The notes beneath the pieces are model-generated. The model searched no databases. It was not told where the DNA came from and was given only the letters and a program-made list of their open reading frames with translations. The position numbers were made by a program, and so were the translations under genes. A stretch of 64,000 bases of DNA from the human T2T-CHM13v2.0 reference genome, Homo sapiens: NCBI RefSeq assembly GCF_009914755.1, contig NC_060934.1; one strand, 5' to 3'. Position 1 is the first letter of the stretch; every line of letters starts with the position of its first letter. Positions 1 to 12,829 of this stretch are shown here, one piece after another.

Positions 1-677
1 ATATGAAACCAAGAAATATCTTGAATAGACAAGCAATCCTAAGGGGGGAAAAAAAAAAAAAAAAGAAGCCAGAGGCATCATATTACTTGACTTCAAACTA
101 CACTATAAGGCTACAGTAACACACACAGCATGATACTGGCACAAAAACAGATACACAGGCTGATGGGACAGAATAGAGAACACAGAAATAAAGCTGCACA
201 ACTAAAACCATCTGATCTTTGACAAAGTTGACAAAAATAAGCAGTGACTCCCTATTCAGTATCTGGTGCTGTGACAGCTGGCTAGCCAAAGGCAGAAGAA
301 TTAAACTGGACCCCTATTTTTCATCATCTAGAAAAATTAACTCAACATGAATTAAAGATTTAAATATAAGACCTCCACAATAAGAATCCTTGAAGAAAAA
401 CCTAGGCAACATCATTCTGGACATCAGTCTTGGGAAAGACATTATAACTAAATTCTCAAAAGCAATTGCAACAGAAACAAAAATTGACAAGTGGAATCTC
501 TAATTAAAGAGCTTCTGCATAGCAACAAACTATCAACAGAGTACATAGACAACCCACACAATGGAAGAAAATATTTGCAAACTATGAATCTAACATAGTT
601 TTACTATCCAGGATCTATAAGGAACTTAAACAATTGAGCAAGCAAAAAGCAATCCCATTAAAAATGGGTAAATGGTA
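1..677 (+). mobile_element. L1 (L1PB4/L1PA16-like) ORF2 3' part, degraded; continues beyond the window start
   Basis: L1 ORF2 motifs such as gacttcaaactacactataaggctacagtaac and aaactggacccctat. Confidence 0.9.
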
Positions 678-1073
678 CGAGTTAGGTCATTCTTGAATTG
701 CTACAAAAAAATACTTCAGACTGGGTAATTTATAAAGAAAAGAAGTTTAATTGGCTCGTGGTTCTGCAGGATATACAAGCATTGCGTTGGCATCCACTTG
801 GCTTTGGGGTGGGGGCTCAGGGAATATTTACTCACAGTAGGAGATGAAGTGGGAACAGGTGCACGACGTGGGGAGAACAGGAGCAAGAGGGAAGTGGGAG
901 GTGCCACACACTTTTAAATGACCAGATCTTCTGATAATGCACTATCCTGAGGACAGCTCATCATGAGGAATCTGCCCCTATTACCCAAACACCTCCCACC
1001 AGGCCCCACCTCCAACATTGGGGATTGCATTTCAACATGAGATTTGGGAAGGACAAATGCCAAAACCACATCA
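678..1073 (-). mobile_element. MaLR solo LTR (MSTB-like) inserted into the L1
   Basis: gactgggtaatttataaagaaaagaagtttaattggctc ... cctcccaccaggccccacctccaacattggggatt ... aaaccacatca; the L1 resumes colinearly after it. Confidence 0.88.
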
Positions 1074-1878
1074 AAACATGAATGGACACTTCTCAAAAGA
1101 AGACATACAAGTGGCCAACCAATGTGAAAAAATGCTCAACATCATGAATAATCATAGAAATGCAAATCAAACCAAAATAAGATACTATCTCACACCAGTC
1201 AGAATGGCTATTATTAAAAAGTCAAATACAACAGATGCTGGTGAGGCTGTGGAGAAAAGGGAACACTTTATAAACTATTGGTGGGGATGTAAATTAGTTC
1301 AGCCACTGTAGAAAGCAGTTTGGAGATTTCTCAAAGAACTTAAAACATAACTAACATTTGACTCACTCATCCCGTTACTATGTACATATTCAAAAGAAAA
1401 TAAATTGTTCTACCCAAAAAGACACTTGCATTCATATGTTCATTGCAGCACTATTCACAAAGCAAGGACACGGAATCAACCTAGGTATCCACCAATGGTG
1501 GATTGAATAAATAAAATGGGGTACATATACACCATGGAATAACAGCCATAAAAAGGAATGAATGAAATTATGTCTCTTGCAGCAATGTGGATGCAGCTGG
1601 AGGCCATTATCCCAAGTGAATTAATGCAGGAACAAAAACCCAAATACCATATGTTCTTACATACAAGTAGGAGCTAAAGAATGGGTAATGATGGACATAA
1701 AGATGGCCACAATAGAAACTGAGGATTACTAGACAGGGGAGGGAGGAAGGGAGTAAAGGCTTGAGAAACTAATTATTGGGTACTATGCTCACTACCTGGG
1801 TGATTGCATCAATTGTACTTCAAACCTCAGTATCATGCAATATACCCACTGAATCTAAATAAAAGTTGAAATTATTTT
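1074..1878 (+). mobile_element. L1 (L1PB4/L1PA16-like) ORF2 end and 3' UTR
   Basis: ttctcaaaagaagacatacaagtggcc ... atggacataaagatgg ... ctgaatctaaataaaagttgaaatt. Confidence 0.9.
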
Positions 1879-2499
1879 TTAGATGCATTAAAGATAAATA
1901 CATTCTGGACTCTGGGTTAAAAAAAAATTAAAAGATGCTGGGAAAGAAATATATGACAATCATCAATAAATGTGATATAATCAATACTTTTATTTTATTC
2001 AAATTTTGTATATCTTAAATATATATTTCTTCTATAACTATAAAATGTTATTTTTTAAAGCTTTTATTCTAATGACCTAAACTGCAAATTAAAAAGTAGG
2101 ATGAACAACCAGAAAACCTTTCATGCATTTCTGCTTTTATTCAGTAATTAATAACTTAAGCTGGAGTGTTTTTGGAAAATTTGTGAGGTACTTATCGTCT
2201 TATATTTTTTAAATAGGCTGTGTAGCTCCAGAGTGTGTGCACAAGATGAGAACACATTACCCTGAGTCAAAGTCGATAATAATCAACAAAGGTAGCAAAG
2301 AATTCAACTCTTCTGCAGAAATACTATCAATCTGCAAGATAGGCATGGACATATGCATGAATAGATACAGGATAGCCAGACAGAGACACAATCAGACAAG
2401 AATATAGAAATTAAGGGTGTTTCTCAAGTTTTCAGTAAGCAAATGAGGGTTATCCCTCAAATCTCCTCAAAAGGATTATATTGTAGCTAATTAAGAAGA

Positions 2500-2590
2500 A
2501 GATTGGAAAGGAGAAAGATATGGAGAAAGAAAAGAAAAAGAAAGAGGGAAAGGAAGAAGAGGAGAAGGCAGAGACAGAGGAGGAAGAACA
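2500..2590 (+). repeat. GA-rich low-complexity purine tract
   Basis: gaaagaaaagaaaaagaaagagggaaaggaagaagaggagaagg. Confidence 0.7.
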
Positions 2591-2599
2591 ATAGTTAAT

Positions 2600-3295
2600 T
2601 TTCATTTAGCTCTTACTATGTGCCACATGCTATGGAAACTAATTTAGGCATATCTTCTCACTCAATCATTAAAACTGTAAGACGCAAATATTTTCCCCAA
2701 TTTACAGATGTGAAATTACCTAAAACGATGAAAAACAAGTCATCTCTTTGTTTTCTCTTGACAGGCAGCTGATCTTTATTAGGTACTTCGTCTGTGCCAG
2801 GTACTATGCCAAGGCCTTTACATGCATAACTTTAGTACTCAAAGCACCATTTTAATTAGATCTATTATTTTCATTTTGTAGATTTGCAAAGTAAGTTTCA
2901 GAGAGAGTAAATGATTTGAATTTAGTTTTCTCTGTTTCATTCACATGCATACACAATAATCTCTTCTATAGGGCATTCTTTCAAATCATTTTTTGTTATT
3001 ATTGCTTTCACTGAGTAACTTTCTTATCTATTCTTCATTCTTAAGTATGGACACAATGATAATCCCTGACATGTAAAGTGTTTTATCTGTCATCTATAAT
3101 TCTAGATGTTTTGTCTCTACTAATTGTTTTAATAATCACACAACACCCACAGTTTCATGAGGTAAGTGGAATCATTATCCTCATTTAGTGAAGGAGAATA
3201 TTGACAAACAGAGAGGTTAACTCACTTGCCAATAAATGGTATTAGTGGTAGAGCTCGTGTTCAAACATAATCTGGCTACACCTCCTTACCTCCAT
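2600..3295 (-). mobile_element. Cluster of about 3 degraded MIR fragments (approx. 2600-2720, 2775-2930, 3125-3290)
   Basis: MIR core-like motifs: ccccaatttacagatgtgaaa, tgtgccaggtactatgccaagg, cagagaggttaactcacttgcc. Confidence 0.6.
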
Positions 3296-3894
3296 GTTCT
3301 AGGAACAGTATCAGTCTTCTTGCCAATTTTATCTTTTTTGTAAATATTAAATTGTCATTCTGATTTGTAAGTTGGTTTCTTATTGATAATCTTATTTGTC
3401 AATTATAAACTCGATTAATGTGGATTTGTTCCTTGAAGACCAGCACCACTATACAACTCTGATAAAATCAAACTGTCAAACTAGTAATCAGATTCTTGAC
3501 CAATAACCAATTGCAATCACTCAAGTTTAAGCAAAACATGCTGTCTCTATCAAGAGACTCTTCCAAGGCCACAGTAGAAAAGCCTATAATTCCATTAAGG
3601 AAAGAATGAGTCAAATGAGTAGAAAGTGTGAAAATGATCTTTTGAAATTCAAAGTTGCTTGACCTAAATTTACCTTTCATTTTCAGAACTGATGGGAATA
3701 TCTTGGTTATAACAGAAGCAGTCAGTTTTATAACCAAAGTAAAACAAAATACTATGTGGTAAATTCTTATACTTATAAAAGTTATTAAAGCCTTCTTTCC
3801 CATTGACATGCAGAAAGCCTTTCTGAGTCAGTTTTGCTCACTTAGAAGCAGAATCAGGAGAATGCCTCATTCCTACTTTAAGAATATTCTACTA

Positions 3895-4090
3895 TTTTTC
3901 AAATCTCCTTTGGGCCACTTTTATGTATTCAGGTCTTTTCCCATTTTTTAATCAGGTTACTTGGATTTTTTTTCTATTGAGTTCTGCATGTTTCTTATAC
4001 ACTCTAGATATTAATTCCTTATCAGATCTATGGTTTGCAAATATTTTCTTTCAAACCATAGGTTGTCTTTTAATTTTGTTGATTATTACA
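3895..4090 (-). mobile_element. Old L1M ORF2 fragment
   Basis: ttaattccttatcagatctatggtttgcaaatattttct is antisense L1 ORF2. Confidence 0.75.
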
Positions 4091-4641
4091 TTGTATATCT
4101 TAAGTCCTTAAATATGTACAATTTTTACAAAAAAAATTAAATTTAAAAACATCGAACAATGCTTTTCCCACCTTTTAAATTTTTACGTGAAAGTGACAGA
4201 AAAACTTCGGTCTCTAGGTTGGTAGAACATTCTTGCCCTTTACTGTTGTTTCTCAAGTAACATTTGCTTTAAAATAACTTTTAAAAGAATACTATTAGGG
4301 ACTTTTCCAGAACATCTACTTAGTTCCTTAATGCATGATTTTTTTTTAAATCTAAGTTTTATAATCACAGGGACTCACAACATGTAAGCAGATGGCATTT
4401 CAGCCTATGTGGTTTTCTCACTTTAAGCCAGTTTTCACGTTTCTACCAAGACGCTTGGAGCCAATATGGAATACATCATTTAGTAATGAGGAAAAATGTA
4501 AAAAAAATTCATTATGTTTTAGTTTAAATTTCAGGGGTGAATTAGCAAAACGAACACTTTTCAAGACTTTTATTCCATAATCTTAGTATTTTTTTGCTCA
4601 TATTGGAGCCTAAACTTTAAGAAATTTAAAATGACTTTTGC

Positions 4642-4960
4642 AGCCAGGTGCGGTGGCTCACACCTATAATCCCAGCATTTTGGGAGGCTGAGGCAGGCAG
4701 ATGACCTGAGGTCAGGAGTTCGAGACCAGCCTGGTCAACATGGTGAAACCTCATCTCTACTCAAAATATGAAATATTAGCCGGGCATGGTGACTCGTACC
4801 TATAGTCCCAGTTACTTGGGTGGCTGAGACACGAGAATCGCTTGAACCTGGGAGGCGGAGGTGCAGTGAGCTGACATCGTGCCACTACACTCCAGCCTGG
4901 GTGACAGAGAGACTCCGTCTCAAAAATTAAAAAAATAATAAATAAATAAATAAATAAATA
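4642..4960 (+). mobile_element. AluS (Sx-like) with (TAAA)n tail
   Basis: Full dimer; TSD aaaatgacttttgca (4628-4642) / aaaacgaattttgca (4960-4974). Confidence 0.95.
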
Positions 4961-5329
4961 AAACGAATTTTGCAATTACAGACAATAGCCTACATTTTGC
5001 TAAGCTGGAAAAGTTTGTTAATGAAAAGTACTAGGTGTCACTGTGAATTTCAAAAATAGGAATTTAAAGCGATCAGTGGTAGCAAAAGCACTTGGTGTTC
5101 ATGACTTTTCCCATCCCACAGGGCTCATTTCTTCACCTGTAATGCCTTGTTTCATCTTGCTCAGGATCACAGATCATCAATGATCTCATCTTTTCCTCTA
5201 CTTTTAATGCCTTTTTTTTTCTGATTCCTGACTCTATCAAGTCCCTCAAAGCAAAACCCTGACTTCTATAATCCCATGTCTCCTTTTTTGTTTATGAATA
5301 TGCCTACTAAAATGTTTCAATGCAGATTC

Positions 5330-5990
5330 CTCCTTTCCTTATCATTCTAAGAACTGTTTTCAACTCCTCCAGTCCGCAGAATTTTATCTTACTGAGATCA
5401 CTAATGGACTTATAATTGCCGCATTCATTATATATGTTGCAGTTCCTCCCTTATATCACCTCTCTGGAGCTTTTAGATCTTTATTGATTTTCATAAATAT
5501 TAATTCTCATGAATGTTTCCTCTTAGATTTTCTCCTAGTTTTACACCAGCCTTCCCAGACTGTATTGTAAGCATTTTTTTTTTTCCTTGCACGTGTTGTT
5601 GTTCTCAGCTTTTGTTCCTGAGCAATTTTTTTTTTTTTTACTTTCATTCTCTTCTTGGACAACAGTAGACAGTGCTCTGGCTTCATCTGTCACTTACACA
5701 ACACAAACTACAAAATTCTAACATCCAGCTCTGTCATCAGGCGATCCATGTAACTACTGTGTTAGTCCATGCCATTTCAGCATCTCATCAACATTTCACA
5801 CTTAACACATTTATCTCTCAGCTATTTCACTATCTTGCCTACTCACCTATTCAACTATTTTTTCTCTTTGTATTAACTATCTCAATGAAGAATGCCTTGT
5901 TCCTCTTTTCCATCTCTTAAATCTGGTCAGCCATTAGTTTGTGCTTATTCTACACCTAGAAACCTCAATATATTTTAAGTATTTTTTTCT
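5330..5990 (+). mobile_element. Probable highly degraded L2 fragments
   Basis: Pyrimidine-rich L2-like tracts; weak similarity only. Confidence 0.35.
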
Positions 5991-7090
5991 TTGCTATGCC
6001 TATGACAGCTGCTGTTTAGCAAATTCAGGTTTCTGAAACACAGAACAGAGAAGGTACCTATAGAAGTATGATTAAAAATACACTGGAACTCTGTTATAAT
6101 GTCAGTGGTAGAGGATAACATTGTCTCATATGGTATGTTCAAGACTGGACATGTTGATTTATGAGAGTTATAATTGGGAAAGTATGGTGCATGGCATATC
6201 TCAATGAATAAAGGTTGTTTTTACCAGAAGTTATATATGCTGTTAAAATCCTGTCATATTTTGTCCATATTTAGGCTGAAATTGTCTTGAGTTTAAGAAT
6301 TGTTTCAAATTCCTTTTTATTTTCAACTTGGTTTGCACATACAGCTATTGAGAAAGTGACATGTACTTTGAACACAATACAAATTAAAGACAAGATGTTT
6401 TCCTTATTCAACAAAGCTCCTTTACTTTAGTAGATGTAAAGTTATGACTCAAGCTACTTTTCAGCTTTATGTTACTTCCATGAGAGATTCTCAGAAGAAA
6501 TGAGTGTCCTATGTAATAGACCATAACTCAAAAGTGTCACCCTCTCCCTCATGCCTGAAATTTGTCATTCAAAGAATTACTTCGACTGAAACAAACTCAT
6601 ACAAGTGCATTATCCTGTACATAAAATAAGGATGTGGAAAAGATGGTGGAAAGGTAACTCAGACAAATTCTGGTTATTTGGAATTTTTGATTAAAGATAG
6701 CCAGCCAACTACAAGAAGAAACTTTGCTCATCCTTCCTCTTCTCCACTTATACAAGATAGCTCCTTCCACCTAGACCCTAAAACACTTTATTTTTTGGTT
6801 ACATAGTTTTGTAACTATACATGAAGTGAACCTGAATAGATAATCACCCTAGGAGCATTTAAAACACTGTTTCAGTGAAAAAATGTCAGACATTACATAA
6901 AGGGGAAAAGAGTAAAGCAGCATCTCTTAGAACAGGAGATTCACTATTACTTGAAAGACGCAAATAGATCAAATATTTCAGTATACATTTAGTCCTATTT
7001 AAATCTTGAGAACTTTCTGTGCATTTATTTTTATAAAGTAGGAGTTCATTAATCTGGAGAACTAATCTAGGCATCAACATTTCTGCCAGA

Positions 7091-9924
7091 GAAGAAAATA
7101 AATAACAAAGATCTGAGCAGAATAAAATGAAATTGAAACCAACCAACACACAAAATACAAAAAATAAATGAAATATAAAGCTGGTTCTTTGAAAAAATAA
7201 ATAAAATCGATAGATCATTAGTGAGATTAACGAAGAAAAGAAGACAGAAGGTCCAGATAAATTAAATTAGAACGAAATGGGAGATATTACTACTGATACC
7301 ACAGAAATACAAAAGATTATTCAAGGCTACTATGAACACCTTTACATACATAAACTAGAAAACCTAGAGGAGATGAATAAATTCCTGGAAATATATAACC
7401 CTCTTAGATTAAACCAGGAAGACATAGAAACTCTGAACAGGTCAATAATATGCAGCGAGATTGAAACGGTAATTTAAAAATTGCCAACAACAACAACAAA
7501 AAAGTCCAGGACCAGACAAATTCACAGCTGAATTCTATCAGATATTCAAAGAGGAATTGATACCAATCCGATTGACATTATTCCACAGGATAGAGAAAGA
7601 GGAAATCCTCCTTAAATCATTTTATGAAGCCAGTATAACTCTAGTAACAAAACCAGGGAAGGACATAACAAAAAAAAAAAAAGAAAAGAAAACTATAGAC
7701 AAATATCCCTAATGAAAATAGATGCAAAAATCCCCAACAAAATTCTAGCTAACTAAATTCAACAGCATATGTAAAAAAAAATAAACTGCCATAATCACGT
7801 GGGGTTCATACCAGGGATGAAGGGATTATTCAACATCTGCAAGTCAATAAATGTGACACACCACATAAAAAAATTTTAAAAATATTACATGATCATCTCA
7901 ATAGACACAGAAAAAGCATTTGACAAAATCCAGCATCCCTTTATGATTAAAGCCCTCAGCAAAATCAGCATAGAAATGACATACCTTAAGGTAATAAAAG
8001 CCATCTATGACAAACCCACAGCCAATATTATACTGAACGGGGAAAAGTTGAAAGCATTTCACCTGATAACTGGGACAAGACAAGGATGACCACTTTCACC
8101 GTTTGTATTCAACAGGACTCTGGAAGTCCTAGCCATTGCAATCAGACAAGAGAAAGAAATCAAGGGCATCCAAATCGGTAAAGAGGAAGTCAAACTGTTG
8201 CTGTTTGCTGATGATATGATCATATATCCAGAAAACCCTAAAGACTCATCCAAGAATCTCCTAGAACTGGTAAATTAATTCAGCAAAGTTTCAGGATAAA
8301 ACATTAATGCATTCAAATCAGTGGCTCTGCTATATACCAACAGTGACCAAGCTGAGAATTAAATCAAGAACTCAACCGTTTTTTTACAAAATCTGCAAAA
8401 AGAAAAATAAAATACTTAGGAATATACCTAACCAAGGAGGTGAAAGACTTCTACAAGGAAAACCACAAAACACTGCTGAAAGAAATAACAGGCGACAGAA
8501 ACAAATGGAAACACTCCCATGTTCATGGATGAGTAGAATCAATATTGTAAAAATGACCAGACTTCCAAAAGCATTCCACGAATTCAATGCAATTCCCATC
8601 AAAATGCCACCATCATTGTTTACAGAGTTAGAAAAAACAATCCTAAGATTCATATAGAACCAAAAAAGAGCCCGTATAGCCAAATCAATACTAAGCAAAA
8701 AGAAGAAATCTGGAGGCATCACATTACTTGACTTCAAACTATATTATAAGGCCATAGTCACCAAAACAGCATAGTACTGGTATAAAAATAGGCACACAGA
8801 CCAATGGAACAGAATAGAGAACCCAGAAATAAAGCCAAATGCTTACAGCGAAATGATCTTTGCAAAGTAAACAAAAACATTAAGTGAAGAAAGGACACCC
8901 TATATGACAAATGGTGCTGGGATAATTGGCTAGCCAGATGTAGAAGAATGAAACTGGGTTCTCATCTCTCACCCTATAAAAAAATCAACTCAAGGTGAAT
9001 GAAAGAATTAAATCTAAGACCTAAAACCATAAAAATTCTAGAAGATAATATCTGAAAAACCCTTCTAGACACTGGTTTCGGCAAAGACTCTGTGACCAAG
9101 AACCCAACAGCAAATGCAACAAAAACAAGGATAAATAGATGGTACTTAATTAAAATGGAAAGCTTCTGCACAGAAAAAGAAATAATCAGCAGAGTTAATA
9201 GAAAACCCACAGAATGGGAGAAAGATCATCACAATCTACACATCTGACAAAAGACTCATATTCAGAATCTCCAAATAACTCAAACAAATCAGCAAGAAAA
9301 AAAATCCCATCAAAAAGTGGGCTAAGGACATGAATAGACGATTCTCAAAAAAAAAAAGATATACAAATGGCCAACAAGCATATGAAAAAAATGTTCAACT
9401 CACTAATTATCGGGGAAATGCAAATCAAAACCACAACGAGATACCACCTTACTCTTGTAAGAATGGCCATGATCAGAAAAAACAAAACAACAAAAAAAGG
9501 TGTTGGCATGGATACAGTGAAAAGGGAACACTTTTACACTGTTATTGGGAATGTAAACTAGTACAACCAGTATGGAAAATAGTGTGGAGATTCCTTAAAG
9601 AACTGAAAGTAGAACTATCATCTGATCTAGTAACCCCACTACTAGATATTTACCCAGAGGAAAAAAAGGCATTATACGAAAAAGATACTTGCACACACAT
9701 GTTTATAGCAGCACAATTTGCAATTGCATAAATATGGAATCAGCCCAAATGCCCATCAATCAATGAATGATAAAGAAAATGTTATATATACATATATATA
9801 TAAAAATGTGGTATATATGTGTGTGTGTATGTATATATATATATGTGTGTGTGTGTGTATATATATATATTCATGTAACCAAACACCATCTGCTCCCCAA
9901 AAACCTCTTGAAAAAAAAAATTAA
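7091..9924 (+). mobile_element. 5'-truncated L1PB1-like element (about 2.8 kb: RT domain, C-terminal domain, 3' UTR), multiple stops and frameshifts
   Basis: ORF fragments [14 protein letters not shown] and [19 protein letters not shown]; tttgctgatgat encodes the RT FADD motif; 3' end catgtaaccaaacaccatctgctccccaaaaacc plus polyA; TSD 7076-7090 / 9925-9939. Confidence 0.95.
9783..9871. repeat. Compound (TA)n/(TG)n microsatellite within the L1PB 3' UTR
   Basis: Read directly from the sequence. Confidence 0.9.
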
Positions 9925-12829
9925 AAAATTTCTGCTGGAAATAAATTTCAGATAGGTAATACCTTTAAAATACGCATATTGTCACAAGGTGTATCTAGGA
10001 ATTATATCCTTAGGAGTTGTGTAATCATGATATAATGAAGGCTCCAGAAGCTTCTCAGTAGTATAGTTTCATTGAAATAATTTTTTTGCCTCTTATAATA
10101 TCAACATGAAACAATTCAAATGAGGCCAGCCTCCAAGAATATTTTGTAAAATATTAATACAAATTATACTTGTAGGTTGTTTTGTTCATAATGGAGTGCA
10201 TTTTGTGTGATTTGGTTTATATTTCTTTACTTTGGTTTTTAAACATCATCTTTTCTTGAATTAGAATTAGCTACCAATGTATTTAACACTAAAAGTTCGT
10301 TTTAATTTTGTTCAGTTACAATTAGGTGGGAATGTCCAGTTATTAGCCTTAATATCTTTGCTTTGGCAAAATTACAAGGAGGAAGTAATTAGGCTGCTTA
10401 AAGATCACCGAGGGATCAGAAAGTCTAACACTGTTCTCTCCTGGTGCAAAACACTTTTAGCAGATGCTAATTTTATTTTGGCTCCTATTGTCTCCTTCCT
10501 ATCTAGGTTATACTGCTTCTATAACTATTTGAAATCTTTTTGTGCATTATCCTTACCTTATGAGATGTTACTTTATCTAATTTAGAATATCTGCTAATAT
10601 GATTAATTACAATGTAGAGTACAGAAATAGAAAAAAATATGTACTGAAAGCCTGAAATCTTGGATTCATATTTTACTTCTCCAACTTATTCTGTTTAATT
10701 CACAAGCAAAATTTTTAAGAATTGTTATAGGTAAGAATAGCTATAACAATCTTGTTTTATACAAGGATACTGTCTAAAGGAGACAAAATTTGTGCTAAAA
10801 TTCTACAAGACTTAAATATATCTTTGATGGCATACTTAAGCCTTTTTTGAGACCGCCATTTTGAGACAATTCTGAAGTCTAAAAAATGTTGAATGACTGG
10901 GAAAATTAAACAGAAGGTTTTAGTTCTTCTCTTTCTAACTAGCTAATGCCAATGCCAGAGTAGTGAATTGTGTGTGGCATACACACAATAAATATTCTCT
11001 CAAGGAAGCAATGAAGGAAGGAAAAGTGAAAAATAAAAATGAAAAGGCCAAGCAAGCAGAATGAGAAGCATCAACTAATCTAATTGTTTCATTCTTTCTA
11101 CATGTGAACTTTAACTCTGAAACTTTACAGAATGTAACTAAATTGGTCTAATAATATATGTAATAGATGATATATATATAAACATGCATTTAAATAATTT
11201 AAATATGTATATAATTTCAAATCTAATGTTAGTTGGAATGGATATTACTGTTTGACCTTCTGACACACCAGCAAAAACTAAAGCTAGAATGTATTATTTT
11301 TGAAATATTAAATTGATCAAAAGAGAAAGCAACCAATGTTCCAGCAGATTTTTTTCATAATATACATAGACACTGAAAATCACATTGCTTACATTACTCA
11401 ATTTATTCCATAATCAATTTCAGATATTATTTTCTGCCTAAAATGTCTTAATCTATCCAATAATAATGTCAGAAGCACATTCAAAGACAACCTCCCTAGA
11501 TGGTCACTGTAATAACTGAGTCAGTTTCTTCATTCTCAGTTTTGATTACTTAGAACTATATTTCTTCAGAACAAAAGTAATTCATCTGAAACTATTTTAT
11601 GTATGAAATGGAAAAGGCCAAAAAGAGTCATCTATAATTCTTTATTAGTCAGTGACTACTTCTCTAAGCTTCTCTTAAAATGTCAAAGCTATACAGAAGT
11701 AAGATGATACTTTTGCTTTCTCCCATACCATTTGAATAATGCTAAAAACAATGACATAATTTGATAAAGCCATGTTATAGAAGTACCTACTTCAAGGCAA
11801 CCTGATCCAATTAAAGAAGATTATCAATATAAGAAAAAAAACCTTCAATGTGACACAATTATGTCAACTTTGAAAACTGGGTGTTTCAAAATAAACAGAA
11901 AAAAATGGGAGGAAGCATTCAGTATTTAAAAAGTTATTAATACATGTAAATATGTGTCATGTACTATGTTTCACTTATTTCACTAAGATTTAGTGTCTCT
12001 CATAAAAGTGAATGCAATAAGATTCTAAAATAAAGAAAACTGTGGGCATATATAGGCTTCAGTCACATAATCAAACTCAGAAATTTTGACTTATTTAGGA
12101 TATAGTTTGTTTTAGCTGTAAATACTAAATACTAAAAAAAAGGATTAATAAAATTTTATAATAATTAAAGTAACACGGAAAAGACATATGTTCTTTATTA
12201 TTAGGAATGTTATTAAACAGTTTATTATAATTAGTCTTTATTTGTTTCTTATTCCTTATATCCACAAATACAATATTTAATAGGAGAGAGTTCTTCATTT
12301 TCCAAGAGAGTATAAACATAGTGAACAATAGTAATCATTATAAAAAGAAGCCCAAAAACCTTTCCCTAATACTATTTAAGCAAGAAATAATATGAAACAG
12401 TTGCAAAAATCCTCATTTTTTTCCAAAAGGAAATAAATATGTACTATGAAGTTGAACATAATATAAAAGCCATGAAATAATATTACACCTCAGTCTGAAA
12501 TATTAATTGAATATCTCAACACATTAATGAAAGCAACAGATTTTTCAGTTAAAGTGTAAAGTATTTCTAAGGATGCAGCAGCTGCTTAGAAATACTGAAA
12601 TAAACATGAGAAATCTAAAAAAAGGAAACTAAAATGTTTATGAACACCAGTCTCTATATTAATTATGTATTTTATGCATTTTATATCTTTAGTATTATCT
12701 TTAGTATTCTACTAAATACTACTTTTCTTTGAATTTTAAATATTATATTAGAATATATTGTTGACACAGAAAACTTAACATTATAACATTTTAAAATGTA
12801 TTAATTTTTGAAGAGCAAAAATAAGGAAA

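Noticed and set aside
3468-3809. 113-aa ORF in unique sequence, sense to CTNNA3 (similarly 35423-35773 and 47284-47610)
   Set aside because: No recognisable domain, composition typical of AT-rich non-coding DNA, and length within chance expectation for 64 kb.
7277-9731. Reverse transcriptase-like ORFs suggesting an active element or domesticated gene
   Set aside because: Short fragments of a 5'-truncated L1 with many stops and frameshifts.
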